The notes beneath the pieces are model-generated. The model was not told the DNA's origin. It saw nothing but the letters and a program-made list of their open reading frames with translations, and searched no databases. A stretch of DNA of 63,767 nt, counting the filler, from Dicyema japonicum (taxonomy: Eukaryota > Animalia > Dicyemida), in NCBI GenBank assembly GCA_011109175.1. It is 14 parts of 13 records of this genome, joined end to end, with 100 filler letters (N's around TTAATTAATTAA, not from the genome) between each part and the next. Parts side by side here need not be neighbours in the genome. Positions count along the whole stretch, not along the records: positions 31,783 to 42,294 come from RDEW01000030.1; positions 42,395 to 43,964 come from RDEW01000046.1; positions 44,065 to 48,400 come from RDEW01000098.1; positions 48,501 to 49,774 come from RDEW01000113.1; positions 49,875 to 53,461 come from RDEW01000330.1; 9 more parts are not named here. The stretch is one strand, 5' to 3'. This document shows, in pieces, positions 39,044 through 52,019 of the stretch. Position 1 is the first letter of the stretch. The number at the start of each line of letters is the position of its first letter. A program made the position numbers and the translations under genes.

Positions 39044-40841
39044 ATGAATTTTCACGCAAAACTCGCACATGAAATCAAGGATATACTCAGAGATCCATAT
39101 GGAAGGACATTTTTGATTACCAACCAGGAAGTTCTCCTTCTTTTTGTAAATATTCGTATTTTTTGCATTCCTTCTTTCAAGTCATTTATCCTATTGTAGG
39201 GCAACGAAGAGACAATCGAACGCACGTGGAAATCGAAGCATCGTCACGTTAAACTTAACAAAATTCATTTCTCAGAAAATTTTAAATTATTTTTAATTTC
39301 TACTAACTTAAATGTAATCTTTTAATTTATTTTTAGAAAATTATCATATTTGACCCATCTGTCGAGGATTTTGATAAAATGCCTCATGTCGATGTACACT
39401 TAAACTAATTTTCAGTTACAATCCCACGTGGTCGAATTTGTTGAGGACGAAAATATATTTTGTCTTTGTTCCGACTACTCAATCTACCTTATAGATTTTA
39501 AAAACGGTGGATGCGTATCAATGGTCTTTCCAACGGATTTAACTCATGGACAGATAAAATGCACGTGCTTCTTCAGAGGGACAGTTATCGTTCTTGAAGA
39601 CTCTGTTCTATTAGGAGTTATTTTAGACTTTGATTCTGTTTGATTTGTCTTCCAAGTCTGTCACAAGAATAAACGATCCTCAAAAACTTAGCCGAGTAGA
39701 AAGTATTCGATCTTTCCATGGATCCTCTGGCCTTCCTGCCTTGATGACGCTCAATGATGAAATGAGTAGCTATTCTCTATATTCTAGGGATGTCTGTTCT
39801 CCATGTGGACATGAGTCAGAACGGGACTCCACCAAGACTAGTGCAAGAGCATTATAGAATATTAGAAGACATTGTGTCTGTTAGTTCCCAATATTCCAAC
39901 CAATTTGCCCTCATTTTGAAGACCTCAGACGGTTTGTGTGGTTTGAATATTCCAGAGTACACATTGGCTGTGTGGGATAATTCATTTCGCACTCTTGTGC
40001 AATCCCAGTCGCTTGGACTTACCCTCAGTAATCAGAGAATCTCGGTTTTTCTGTTTCAGTCTATTATAGGTTTATTTCTACGGTGATTACGTGTATGTCG
40101 TGGATGGATGTTCCATATACGGTATCCACGTGACACCCGTGAAGTTGAAACTGTCGGATTTACTGCACGAGGCTAATTTAAAGGCCTGTCTGCGAAACGG
40201 ATATGAGGAGAAATACACTTTGCCTTTCAACGGAAAGAAGCTGACTACGGAAGAAGAGGACCAGATCCGCAAGGTTGGAGAGGAGAAACTTGTCCGCATG
40301 TTATCGGAATTCCTTAGGTACTTTCTTTTGGTAACTTCAGGAATATTCGGTCTGATTGCTTGGAGACCGACTTTAATGTTACTCCTTTTCAGTGGAATGA
40401 TCACCACGTGTACTTAATGTACTCTTTTCGATAATTTCAGTGACTTGATGTGCTCGGTTCCTTACACGAGTTCACAGCTTGTACTGTACCTGAGGAAGAT
40501 GCTACCATTGGCAGACGCTATGGTTCGATTTGACTTATTTGTTAGTTTTTGTTGAGATACTTTGTGACTGTGATCTCCCAGTCTTTGGACGTTGAAAGAG
40601 TTACCATGTACTGTTATTATAGGCCATTGATTGGATAACTGTCATTATTGATGCCTTTATAGGGCAGATTCAGGGAAATGATGAGTTTTCAGATCTGATT
40701 AGGCAACTCAGTTCTCTAGTAGACTTCCATATGTCTTATCATAAAACATTGATATCGTTAACTCAAGTTCAGGATAAAGTAGAGTATGGAAGGATCGTCA
40801 GTAATGATTTATATAAATTTGAACTTGTTAAGTTTTTCTAA
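39044..40841 (+). CDS. NOL11: NOL11-like nucleolar t-UTP protein, multi-exon (5' exon structure only partly resolved)
   Basis: The spliced C-terminus EEKLVRMLSEFLR|...LIDLMCSVPYTSSQL...|FLLRYF...|AIDWITVIIDAF...DLIRQLSSLV...NDLYKFELVKFF* parallels the NOL11 C-terminus as recalled (IMDWICLLLDANF...GLYSIEVLELF*). Introns 40318-40340, 40419-40440, 40523-40545, 40600-40622. Confidence 0.72.
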
Positions 40842-41329
40842 TGTTTTATAATTTTATTTTAATTTGTGTTTTTACTCATATTCTGGAAACTTTGAAGTAT
40901 AGTAGGAATGAAACCACTCACAGTAGGTTGAGAGTTAGTAAGTTATTGCCCTAGAGAGCCCAGGCCTATTGTTTGGAAGATTCTTATTCTCGGTTATTAA
41001 ATTTGTGTTTTTTTGCTTGTCCCGGGCACGTCTTAATCGGGTGGCTTACAGGACTGCGGAAGGGAGAACCTAGAATGAATTACACGGTGACTCTTACAGG
41101 ACATTAGAGTCGCGGTCATGAGAGGTAAATTCCATAGCATACTCAATGCTTGTGGCAAAAATGGAACCCTTTGGCTTTTTTATTAAAACTTTTTTTGGTT
41201 AAATTTTTTTATTATTTATTCCTAAAATGAATTTATGGAAACTAAAAATTTCTAAAATTGAATTTTATGACAATTAAATAAAAAATTTAAATTTTATTTA
41301 CTTAAAGTTTAAAATATATTAGAGTCCAG

Positions 41330-41950
41330 CCCATCACATTCATTTCCGAGATAACCGATACTCGGAAACTTGGGCTATGAAAGTAACCAGAAGCATTTTT
41401 GGAGGCGAATATTCCAATTTACAAAATGAGACACCCTTTTCTCATACGCTTTTTAAAGATGAAACATCATTTGCCATTTAATCAACATGTAGGTCAAATA
41501 TAAAGAAATCTCTCAATGTAAAATAGATACTATTCAAAATCAATTATGTTATTTTTTGAAGTTATTTAATAGTGGGGAATATGTTTTTCTGGTTGTGATG
41601 AAGCTCAAGTCAACGGAACTTGTTTTTTTAATTACTCTGATTGGGAAAAAATCTCCGCTCCGAAAAATCTTCATCTTATATCGTGTAGCAACCTACATCT
41701 CCGCCTACCAAGATATATGAAAGTGGTAGAATAAATCTAATTTTAAAGAATAAAATCCTACTTCACAGATGTTGATAACCTGATTTCTTCTTTAAAGGCT
41801 GCCATGATGAAAAACAAAAGACGCTGGGAAATTTTTCACAAATAGGAAATCCATCTGAAGTTGTAACAAAAATAGGGAAGCTGGCTAAAAGCATCCAAAT
41901 ATTGCTTCCATAATCTTCCAGAAATTATTAAATTGTCTCTAAATTTGAAG
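41330..41950 (+). mobile_element. hAT-like (CGGBP1-type) transposase remnant
   Basis: SILEANIPIYKM, CDEAQ and GSWLKAS.Y resemble 'ANIPL.KL', 'DETTD' and 'TRWG.WL.A..Y'. Confidence 0.55.
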
Positions 41951-42120
41951 ATAGAGTTGTAATAAAATGTTTCGATTTTTAATTATTTTAGGCCAAAAGA
42001 ATCAGTTAAAATTCCCAAGCTGTTTTCAAGTTTAACCGAAATTAGTAAAAAAATATTTGGTGTTAATAAAATGATTTTAAATGCCTAGCTACTCGATTAT
42101 TCAAATTGAAAAATCTTATG

Positions 42121-42294
42121 CCACTCCACTGGAGAAGTTTCCACAACTGCAAATATGGACGTCTTTTACCCTTTATGCTGATTCCGAATGAACTCTGTTT
42201 CTGTAGAAGTGGAAACTGGATACACTTAATTAGTTGTTTACTTACTTCTTTCTCTGTTTCTGTAGAAGTGGAAACTGGATACACTAATTAGTTG
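42121..42294 (+). mobile_element. RTE-like 3'UTR, 5'-truncated (copy C)
   Basis: Matches the distal part of 32250-32370 and lacks the pseudoknot segment. Confidence 0.8.
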
Positions 42295-42426
42295 NNNNNN
42301 NNNNNNNNNNNNNNNNNNNNNNNNNNNNNNNNNNNNNNTTAATTAATTAANNNNNNNNNNNNNNNNNNNNNNNNNNNNNNNNNNNNNNNNNNNNATAAAA
42401 TAATCTAAATAAATAATAACCTATAA

Positions 42427-43120
42427 ATGACCCTATTCCTATGTGCACATGAATTATTAATTATTTTAATAAGTCCTGTAATTCTATATCAAATGGTTTA
42501 TACTGATTTAAACATAAATCATTCAAGCCATTATTCATTTGTATGTCATTCAACATATTCAAAATTTATAAAACCAATTACTTGGAGTGTACAAAACAAA
42601 GCACTTTTAACTGCCAATATATCAGTAACATTTATGAAGAATTATAAAGTTTGTAATTTTCCACTAATATTAGAATATGAAGTTTATGTTTAATAATGAA
42701 AATTCCAAATTATATAAAATTTCATTAAAAGACNAAGAGATTGATTTATATTTCACATTTCCCTTAGATTCTGAAAGCCAATATCACCTTGGAAAGATAG
42801 AACTTTTTATTTGTAATTATAATTATTCATTCTTAGATAATAATAATTATACGATTGCAATTGATAGACAATTGATTGATAATTATGTTTATTATTATTG
42901 TCAAATTATTTTTAAAAAGTTTTCTCGCCATGTTTCTCTCAATATTTCTTGTTTAACAACCAAAATAATCAACAATGAAAGAACTATTAAATTTATCCCA
43001 ATTGGTTTTTTATTTATACATTTTAGGGCAATCTTGCATAAATTCCACTACTAAAACACTCTTTCCAAATATTAAGAGAACTAAAATTAGAACTATATCT
43101 ACCAACAAAAATTAATTATT
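42427..43120 (+). CDS. Uncharacterised AT-rich host gene fragment with mini-introns
   Basis: Two ORFs join through a ~25-nt GT-AG intron near 42650. A 22-nt intron (43005-43026) leads into a final open exon. No recognisable family. Confidence 0.4.
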
Positions 43121-43269
43121 GTTATTAATATGAAAGTTTTTGGTTTATTTGATATTTTTGATTATAATTACAAGTATTCTCTATTAATCACACTTTGTTG
43201 GTGTGATACTTGCCAAATTCAAATATTTTTTTAAATTTTTTCGATTTAAAATTTTTCTAAATTTTAATA

Positions 43270-43620
43270 GGTCCGGGTGGCTCAGTGTGACAGTTGTCGG
43301 GCTAAAGGCCTGAAGCTTGCTAGTTCGAATCCCGATACTGTACATTCGGTTGAAGGTTCCACNTAGTTCGAATCCCGATAATGTACATTTGGTTGAAGGT
43401 TCCACTTATCAATAATATACTTTGGCTTGAAGAGTGACGTCGATATCGGTAAACACTTAACTGCGGAACTGGATCGTATATAAAGGACATACCCCAAGAA
43501 AGAGAAAACAAAGAAATAAAGAGCATTCTTTTATTCTCCCTCATCGATTAGCTATGATAACTGTTCTTTGCTTAAAGTAAAGTGTGTTCTGTTTGAGAGG
43601 AGTGATAGCTGAAGTGAATT
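43270..43620 (+). repeat. tRNA-derived SINE candidate
   Basis: A-box TGGCTCAGTG, anticodon-like arm TCGGG-CTAAAGG-CCTGA and B-box GTTCGAATCC. T-stem does not pair. Body 43425-43600 recurs at ~57865-58060. Confidence 0.6.
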
Positions 43621-44064
43621 ATTTGTTATAATTATTCATGAAAACACAGTAAATTAGTTAATTTTTGTGACTAATTTACAGTTAAGCCAAAAATAAATTA
43701 TACCAAATGCTAATCCCTCTTATTTACAGTATTTTTAAAAGAAACACGAATAATTATCCAGCTTTACACTTTAACTTAATTTTAATAAAAGCACTACCCT
43801 CTAAAAAATAAAAATATAATAACCCTCTCTGAAAGTATTATACAATTATCTCGAAATTTGAACAAATAATATTTTACCAATGTTTGTGTACATTCCAAAC
43901 ACTTAAATTTTCTTTTTAAAGCTTATGTAGTATGAGTAATAACTTTAACTCTCAATACTCCTTTNNNNNNNNNNNNNNNNNNNNNNNNNNNNNNNNNNNN
44001 NNNNNNNNTTAATTAATTAANNNNNNNNNNNNNNNNNNNNNNNNNNNNNNNNNNNNNNNNNNNN

Positions 44065-45180
44065 AGGAAATAATATTTCTTATTTTAATAATGAGGAAAT
44101 AATAAAAGAACATGAAAATCAATTTATTGCAAATGACAAATATCTTGAAAAAATGAATAAAAAAATCGAAAAAAAAATCAGTTGGAAATAAAGTGTTATT
44201 GATAATAACTGATACAAATCAAAAAACAAAAAAAACGAAAATTAGAATCTTTTTATTATAAACAGAGTTTTATTGTCGAGGAATTGATTTCAGAAAACAA
44301 AATAAAAATAAAAAATAAATATGGAAATGAACTCAGTGTTTGGATCACAATCTAAAAAAATTTGATACTTTTTGAATAACAGACAGTTTTTGAGTAATAA
44401 ATTTGAACAGTTGTTGATATTTTTTTTAAACTAATAAAACATTTTTAAGGAAAAAAGTATCAAAAGTACCGCGGCCGAAAGCCTCATAGTGGACTAGTAG
44501 TAATTGGAAAATTTTCTCAATAGGCCTGTCGATTAGGGTCTATAAGTTGCATTGAAAAATAAAAAATATTGTCTTGAAAATTTTAATTAAAATTTCTTTA
44601 ATTTTTACATTTTTAAGGAAAAAAGTATCAAAAGTACCGCGGCCGAAAGCCTCATAGGGGACTAGTAGTAATTGGAAAATTTTCTCAATAGGCCTGTCGA
44701 TTAGGGTCTATAAGTTGCATTGAAAAATAAAAAATATTGTCTTGAAAATTTTGGTTAAAATTTCTTTAATTTTTTATAGTTTTAATGTGATTAACTATTT
44801 TTGAAATAAATTATCTTCTTTTATGTGATAACGAGCATAAGTGGTTGCACTTCGCTTATTTTTTTGATAAAGATTGAAAATTAATATAGGACCTAAGAGC
44901 AACAACGAAGACCAAACCAAACTTTANTTCTCAATAGGCCTGTCGATTAGGGTCAATGAGTTGCATTGCAAAATAAAAAATATTGTCTTGAAAATTTTGG
45001 TTAAAATTTTTTTAATTTTTTTGTATTTTTAATGTGATTAACTATTTTTGAAATAAATTATCGTCTTTTATACGATAATATGCCACGAGCATAAGTGGTT
45101 ATACTTCGATTATTTTTTCGATACAGATTGAAAATTAATTTAGGACCAAAGAGCAACAACAAAGACCAAACCAAACTTTA
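44065..45180 (+). repeat. Dispersed repeat: integrase C-terminus plus 3' noncoding end (Ginger2-like)
   Basis: Homologous to the reverse complement of ~54605-55260. Encodes ENQFIANDKYLEKM...VGNKVLL. Confidence 0.7.
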
Positions 45181-45229
45181 TTCAAACGAATTAAATGAGT
45201 TGATTAAGAGGTTTATGCGAGTCCGCCTA

Positions 45230-47780
45230 TGCGGTCTGGACTCTTCCGACGTACCTCATCTCCATTATTTTTATCTTATCGGTGGATCCCATCGATCCTC
45301 TTCTCCACAATGTATCTCACCGGAGTAAGAATTTTATTTTTTCTATACTGAGGGTGTTGAATAGATTTTCTCCAAGGCCAGATTTATTGCTGACCTTCTT
45401 GATTTTTCCATAAGTAGTATAATTCTATCTATATGGCGTGAGAAAAACCATAGGGTGTTGAATAGATTTTCCCCAAGGCCAGCTTTATTGCTGACCTTCT
45501 TGATTTTTCCATAAGTAGTATAATTCTATCTCTATGGCGTGAGAAAAACCATGGTTCGCATCCATACAATAGTTCCGGCAGAATAACTTTCGTGAAAACA
45601 AACAGGAAAATTTCCAAGCTTACGGATAGCTTCCTTGTACAGAAAAGCACTTATAGCGCTTTCTTCCGTATTCGTCTGATATCTTCCAATAAGGAACTTT
45701 CTCCATCGATGGCTATCCCGAGGTAGCGAAGTGAATTCACTTTTGGGATGCCAAGTGAATAAGGCTGTACACGATGCCTCCGTAGGCGACTGACTCTAAT
45801 ATGGCTCGATTTCTCGGTAGAGAGTATCATCCCTCTCTTGGAGCACCAGTCCTGAACTTGATCAACGAATAGCCTGATTCTATTATCCGATAAAGTGGAT
45901 TTTCCAGAGGTATCCATGATTAGTATGTCATTCGCGTATATCAACATCTTGGTGTTCATATCTGGTGGAACTGGNTGGCTATCCCGAGGTAGCGAAGTGA
46001 ATTCACTTTTGGGATGCCAAGTGAATAAGGCTGTACACGATGCCTCCGAGGCGACTGACTCTAATATGGCTCGATTTCTCGGTAGAGAGTATCATCCCTC
46101 TCTTGGAGCACCAGTCCTGAACTTGATCAACGAATAGCCTGATTCTATTATCCGATAAAGTGGATTTTCCAGAGGTATCCATGATTAGTATGTCATTCGC
46201 GTATATCAACATCTTGGTGTTCATATCTGGTGGAATTGGGAAGTCTGACAAGAATATATTAAACTACAGCGGGCTCAAGATAGAGCCCTGTGGAACTCCC
46301 CTCTTCAATGTAATATCATTTGACATATATGGTCCGACACGTATTCGGGAAGTTCGTTCCGTTTGAAAGTTCTTTATCCATGAAGTGTTTCTTATGGATA
46401 TTCGCACCTGCTAGCTTTGATAGGAGGGCTTCATGCCACACGCTATCAAAAGCTTAGACAGATCCAGACATACTAGGTTGAATTGTCTCTTGAATTCCAG
46501 ACCTCTCAATACCGTCGAGTGCATTTGGTAGATGCAGTCCGTACAGGATTTTCCAGGTCTGAAGCCCCATTGTTCCGCGAGGAGGAAACCACTCTCTTTT
46601 ATGTGCTCGTTCAGCCTCTTGAAGATAATTCGCTCAGCAATCTTGGAAATAGAGAAAATGAGGCTGATCGGTCTATAGTTGAAAGGGTTCCTCCCCGACT
46701 TTCCCGGTTTGAGTACCATTCTGATAATAGAACATTTCCATCATATTGGGACATATCCATGAGTAATACTCACGTTAAATAGATTCTTCAGCACAAGCAG
46801 CAGATCATCCGGCCCTTCCTTGAACAATCTCATACTTATATGATCATGTCCAGGGGCGTTGGCCTTGCATGTTCTGATCGCATTTATAACGTCCTATGTC
46901 GTTATCTCCATTTCGGTATCATTAAGATCATCCAAAGAGTACGTTAGGAAGTCTTCTGTAGCTTTCAACTTTTCCCCTGGGATTAGCTCCATTGGGTTGA
47001 CGCCCTGGATATGCTCCAGTTGCTTCTTAAAGATAACTGGAGCTTCTTCCATAGAGTATGATCCTCCTTCTGGTTTGGTCAAAGAGATTTTTGTACCGTT
47101 CATGGAGATTTTTGTACCGTTCAGAACGAGGGGTCTTTTGTATTTAGTTTGCTTGCCTCGTTCCTCAAATGTTGTTCTTGGGACAGTATTGTTCCCTCTT
47201 CAATGATTTTTCTGATTATTTTTAGATGGTCGGTCAGTGCAATCCGGTCCATCTAGTCAACAAAACTTCTGAGTTTGTTCCCTATGCGGTTTCTTTCATT
47301 AATCATAGATAATTTATGAGGGGAGAATTTGATGCTCTTCCCAAGATTGGTCTTTGAAGTTCTCCTCCTTGCGTAAAGTGATAACTATTTCTTCATCATA
47401 ATTGAGAGGTCTCTGTCTATGTTGTCAATATCATTTCGGGAATGAGGTCCATCCTTCCAGTTTTTGAGGCATCTAAATATGTTCTTCTATAGTGTTCTCA
47501 ACTTAGTCTTGATAAGTCGTAGCCAGTAAACATTGATTCCATGGTGTCTGGAGCCAGGTTTAGTGTTATTTCGTGTGGTATGTGGTCGCTCCCGATGTCC
47601 TGCAAGATCATTGGTTGCTCCACAAAAGTGCATATTAGTGGTGACACCAGGAACACCCCAAGCATCTCTCCGCCGTGGGACGAGTAGTGATTTGACAAGA
47701 TTGTCTTGGCTTTACGTAATTTGGATATTCTGGTTGCAGCATCAAGACTGCGACTTACTTTGATAGACAAAATGTTTCGT
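45230..47780 (-). mobile_element. APE-LINE ORF2 (endonuclease C-terminus + RT), frameshifted
   Basis: DIGSDH, NAPGHD, NYRPISL, QWGFRPGKS, CLDLSK, GVPQGSILSPL, IYANDI, YLGIAID. Confidence 0.93.
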
Positions 47781-48200
47781 TAAAGAACAATTGCTTATCA
47801 AGTTGCCAAGAGAATTCAGTCATTTAATTATTCACTCAATAAGCAGGTGGATTATATTGACATCTCATTTATCAAACACCAGAAAATCCTGGGAATAACC
47901 GTCGATATAGACATATGGTTCTCTCAGTACAATAAAGACTGATTATCAGCTGTGAGAAAAACTCTTACCCATTTTAAACCTCTCAGGTTATGGAAGGCAG
48001 AAAACCAGCTAGTCTTAAAAAGAATTATGGCTTTCTATGCATCTCCTATGCAGTGCTTGTTGTGCTCTATTCTTCTGTTGGACCAAATTTGAAAATATCG
48101 CATAAAAAGGTCATACACAGAGATGGAACAGTGGATTTCCGGGAAGAAAAACAGTACAACATCTTTAAAGTCATTGATATGTATAAAACAGTGTGTAATG
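47780..48200 (+). mobile_element. LINE RT 3' fragment
   Basis: QKILGITVD...W matches the 'K.LGV..D..L.W' motif. Confidence 0.45.
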
Positions 48201-48500
48201 TTTGTTCTATGAAAAAGTTCCCCATTCAGTACGTACTAGTGAGCTAAGAGAGGATCATAGTCCCAATCTAAATGAACTGTTGAACCGTGTCAAATTATGC
48301 GTTTTAACAGTCTTGTTAGAAAACTAAATAAAATAAAGGAAGACGAAAACTTGCTTGGATTTCAATTTTCACAGACACCTCTCTAATGGGAATTTGTTTA
48401 NNNNNNNNNNNNNNNNNNNNNNNNNNNNNNNNNNNNNNNNNNNNTTAATTAATTAANNNNNNNNNNNNNNNNNNNNNNNNNNNNNNNNNNNNNNNNNNNN

Positions 48501-48860
48501 CCACTCTACAAGCTGATCAAAAGCATAGGTTCATCACGTGCTTGTCTTCTAATTGCATGCTTTCGAGATTTCTTTTCAACACAACTGATGGATATAAGTC
48601 CTCGTTGCTCCTTCAATGGATGATAGCTTATCCATATAATTATTAAGCATTTCGACACAACTCCATCCAAGGTCATAATCTATACTTAACAATCGTGAAT
48701 AAAGAGATAGTTCGCCAACTATAAGATCATATTTGTCGCACTTCTCGATCTCAATGATCCAAAGGGTAATGCCACTTCAATTAGCGTTATTTCATTTTTG
48801 AAATTGTTGTAAACGAGAATGTCTGGCTTTTCTTACAACTGGTCTTTGATTTGTTACCTT
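48501..48860 (-). mobile_element. R4-type REL endonuclease fragment
   Basis: KPDILVYNNFKNEITLIEV...KYDLIVGEL..LDGVV, across frameshifts. Confidence 0.65.
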
Positions 48861-50028
48861 TGTCTAATTGACTAATAAAACCATTAAAAAGTGAAAATAA
48901 ACCGAAAATCCATTGATTTTATTAAAAATAAATTAGAATGAAATTTTTTGTTGATAGAGTAAATGCCATCATTCAGGAAACTGGGGAATAGAAACTATGA
49001 GAGTTGTGATTGAATTCTCAGTTACATCCAAAAACTAATGGACAATTAATCGATTCGATTCAGATAATCGGCGGGTTTATCCAAAATTTCCTCTATCATT
49101 AGGAATAAATTCCATGTAAAATTTCTCCAAATTGACATTCAGTTCAGAGATCCCTAGAACTGGGTTCTTTAGAGCTCCCATCAGGGACTCGATTTCTTCA
49201 TTCCAAAAATGATGGATAATTTGCATAATCAAAATGACAACTAGAAATTAAAAAAGTCTAAACTGTTTACAAAATCGAGTCTAGCCTGTAATTCACTCCT
49301 CGTCAAGTAGACTGAATAAATGTCGTCTTCAGAATAAGTCCCCTGTTGAGACTACTATAGGAATGGCTACATATATCTTCTGTTACTTAGCATGGAAAAT
49401 ATCTGGGTGGTATTTCTTCTGGTAACACGAATCAGATATAAGATTCATGTGATCTTTTTTCACAGGACAAAATGGAAAAAAAGGTTCATTTGAAGTCATA
49501 GATGATAATGTTTCACCAAGAAGACAAATCAATGAAGTAAAGCAAATAGAATTGATCTGTTTCTGATAACTGAGTATTATAACGGAATTAACTGGTCCGC
49601 CAGAATCCTTGATATTTTTGAGAGGTTTGGCAGTATATTCTTGTTAGTTTCGATAGGGTTGGGATCTATTTTTACATTCAGCTATGGTCTTAAAACATCC
49701 TTCGTGTTGCAATTTGATTGATAACAGTCAGGGAGGTATAGGCCTCAATTTTCCATTCAAATTGTACGTAAATANNNNNNNNNNNNNNNNNNNNNNNNNN
49801 NNNNNNNNNNNNNNNNNNTTAATTAATTAANNNNNNNNNNNNNNNNNNNNNNNNNNNNNNNNNNNNNNNNNNNNTTTATTGAATCACATCGATCGTCTAG
49901 AAGCATATCAAATTAGCAGGTTTATTATGTCGCGCGGACTATGAGCACCCATGCACAACGCAAGAAATCAAATGTCAATGTCATGTGTCAAAATCACACC
50001 ACGGCATTCGATAGTAGATAAGATAATA

Positions 50029-51710
50029 CAGTACGACCCCGGTTTGGGGCAGACCCCAGGGGTGATCCACCCTCGGTTTTTGGGACCCCCGCTTTTAGGG
50101 GCAGTTTTGAAAACAGTCAATTTTCATTATATTATTTATTTTTGATGACCCGGTTTGGGGCACAAATTTAATTTATTTAATTACAAAATTTATTTATTTA
50201 TTTTTATTTTAATAACCCCAGGAACACCGAGAAAGAAAGACAAAAGAGTCAAACAGTTAGGTGATCCCAGTCTTCGCAATCACTTGTGCCATTCGACGTC
50301 TGTGATCTTCCATCGTTCCTCACTACTTTCCGGAAGAGCCTTCTCTCGTCTTGCAGAGGAATCCGATCGGGGAGGGGAATTTCTTATCCAATCGGTTTTC
50401 TCTTGCCATGGGAAGGATCAGGCGAGCGGATTTCCATCTTCTTCACAATTACAAAATGTTATTTTTATACATTAATTATTAAATAGTACTATTATTTCAC
50501 GTGTTTATTTTGATTCTTGTATGGTTCGTAAAAAGAATTCAAAGATTAATTATGAAAAATTAAAATTGCTAAGATATAAAACATGGTCAATTTTCAGAAA
50601 GAGATCTCGCTAAAAATTATAAAACTCCTTCAGATCGAGGTCGTTCATAACATAACTGGAATACAAGAGGTCGTCCTCCTTCACCCAGAATGGAAGGTTC
50701 CTGAAGACAATCTCAGATTTTTGAGATTGCCCTGGCACCATTTTTATCATAGTGCCCCAAAAAGCGAAAGTAAAAAATTATTTGCTTTTATTTTATCCTC
50801 CATACATTTTTATTTTATTAAATTATTTAATATATTGCATTACAACAAAGAAGGGAAACCTTCACTTTACTCTTTTAATTCAATTGCATTTGTCATTAAA
50901 TTGAACAAAAGATTTCGACGGCGTTCGCTTTATGTATAAAGCTGTTTCGTCACAGTTGAAAATATTTTCACTTCCTATAGTTTCCAAACAGTTGTCATAA
51001 TCAGAGAAAAAATTGGATACAGAAGAAAGGTCAGACGAATTCTTTTCTCACTTATAGTTTTGAATAGTAACTCGTGCCTCTTCTTGAACCGGTCCATTGA
51101 TGCTTAAAAATAATTCATAATTTATTTTTGTAAAAATTTTTTTTGCAATGAGTTTTAATATGGTTCCAGAAATTGGAAGAAATTCATCTCTCAAACGTAG
51201 AAAAGTTTCAAAAAACTAATCTATCTAGTGTAGACGATTTATCTTGTGTAGAAGATTGATTATTTGGATCGCATGATTCCTTGTTTCGATTGCATTCAGT
51301 TAATCTCACGTCAAAATAATTAACCAAATTTTGTTTATTGCGAGAAATAGTACCTGTAATAAACAATTATTTAAAAAGATACCTTTGGTCGTTTTATAAT
51401 TTTTAGCGATATCTTTTTCTGAAAATTGACCATGTTTTATATCTCTAGCAATTTTAATTTTTGTTTCATAATTAATCTTTGAATTCTTTTTTACGAACCA
51501 TACAAGAATCACAATAAACACGTGAAATAATAGTACTATTTAATAATTAATATATAAAATAACATTTTGTAATTAAATAAATTAAAAATGTTCCCCAAAT
51601 CGGGGTTATCAAAAATAAATATTATAAAGAAAATTGACTGTTTTCAAAAACTCCCCCTAAAAGCGGGGGTGGATCACCCCTGGGGTCTGCCCCAAACCGG
51701 GGTCGTACTG
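50029..51710 (-). mobile_element. pogo/Tigger transposon in fold-back configuration (5' end duplicated in inverted orientation)
   Basis: TA|CAGTACGACCCCGG ... CCGGGGTCGTACTG|TA. Minus-strand MVRKKNSKINY...K|GTISRN (29-nt intron 51354-51382), LRDEFLPISGTILK (CENP-B HTH), RFKKRH and NIFNCDETALY. Arms ~50029-50640 and ~51385-51710 are inverted copies. Confidence 0.88.
50190..50446 (-). mobile_element. 5'-truncated LINE tail insertion with 11-bp TSD
   Basis: AATTACAAAAT at 50179-50189 and 50447-50457; single copy at the empty site in the right arm. Ends KTGIT*, hairpin and A-rich tail. Confidence 0.92.
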
Positions 51711-52019
51711 TATTATCTTATCTACTATCGAATGCCGTGGTGTGATTTTGACACATGACATTGTCATTTGATTTCTTGCGTTGTGCATGGGTGCTCATAG
51801 TCCGCGCGACATAATAAACCTGCTAATTTGATATGCTTCTTAGACGATAGATGTGATTCAATAAAAATTTTTATTGCAGTTACAAATTTCCCACATAATT
51901 ACAAAAGAGATTTCCTTGTGAATTGATAGAAAATTCAAATAAAAATCAATAAAATTTTTGATTTTATCCCTGCCCACCAACCTCCCTGCCTCCTTCACTT
52001 GACTGTCAGCGAAACCTAA

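Noticed and set aside
43270-43345. Functional tRNA gene
   Set aside because: T-stem and acceptor stem do not pair; kept only as a SINE-head candidate.
44468-44500. GCGGCCGAAAGCC as a hammerhead ribozyme stem II (also ~11980, ~44640)
   Set aside because: No CUGANGA core upstream and no stem I/III. It is better explained as a subterminal motif of the integrase element.
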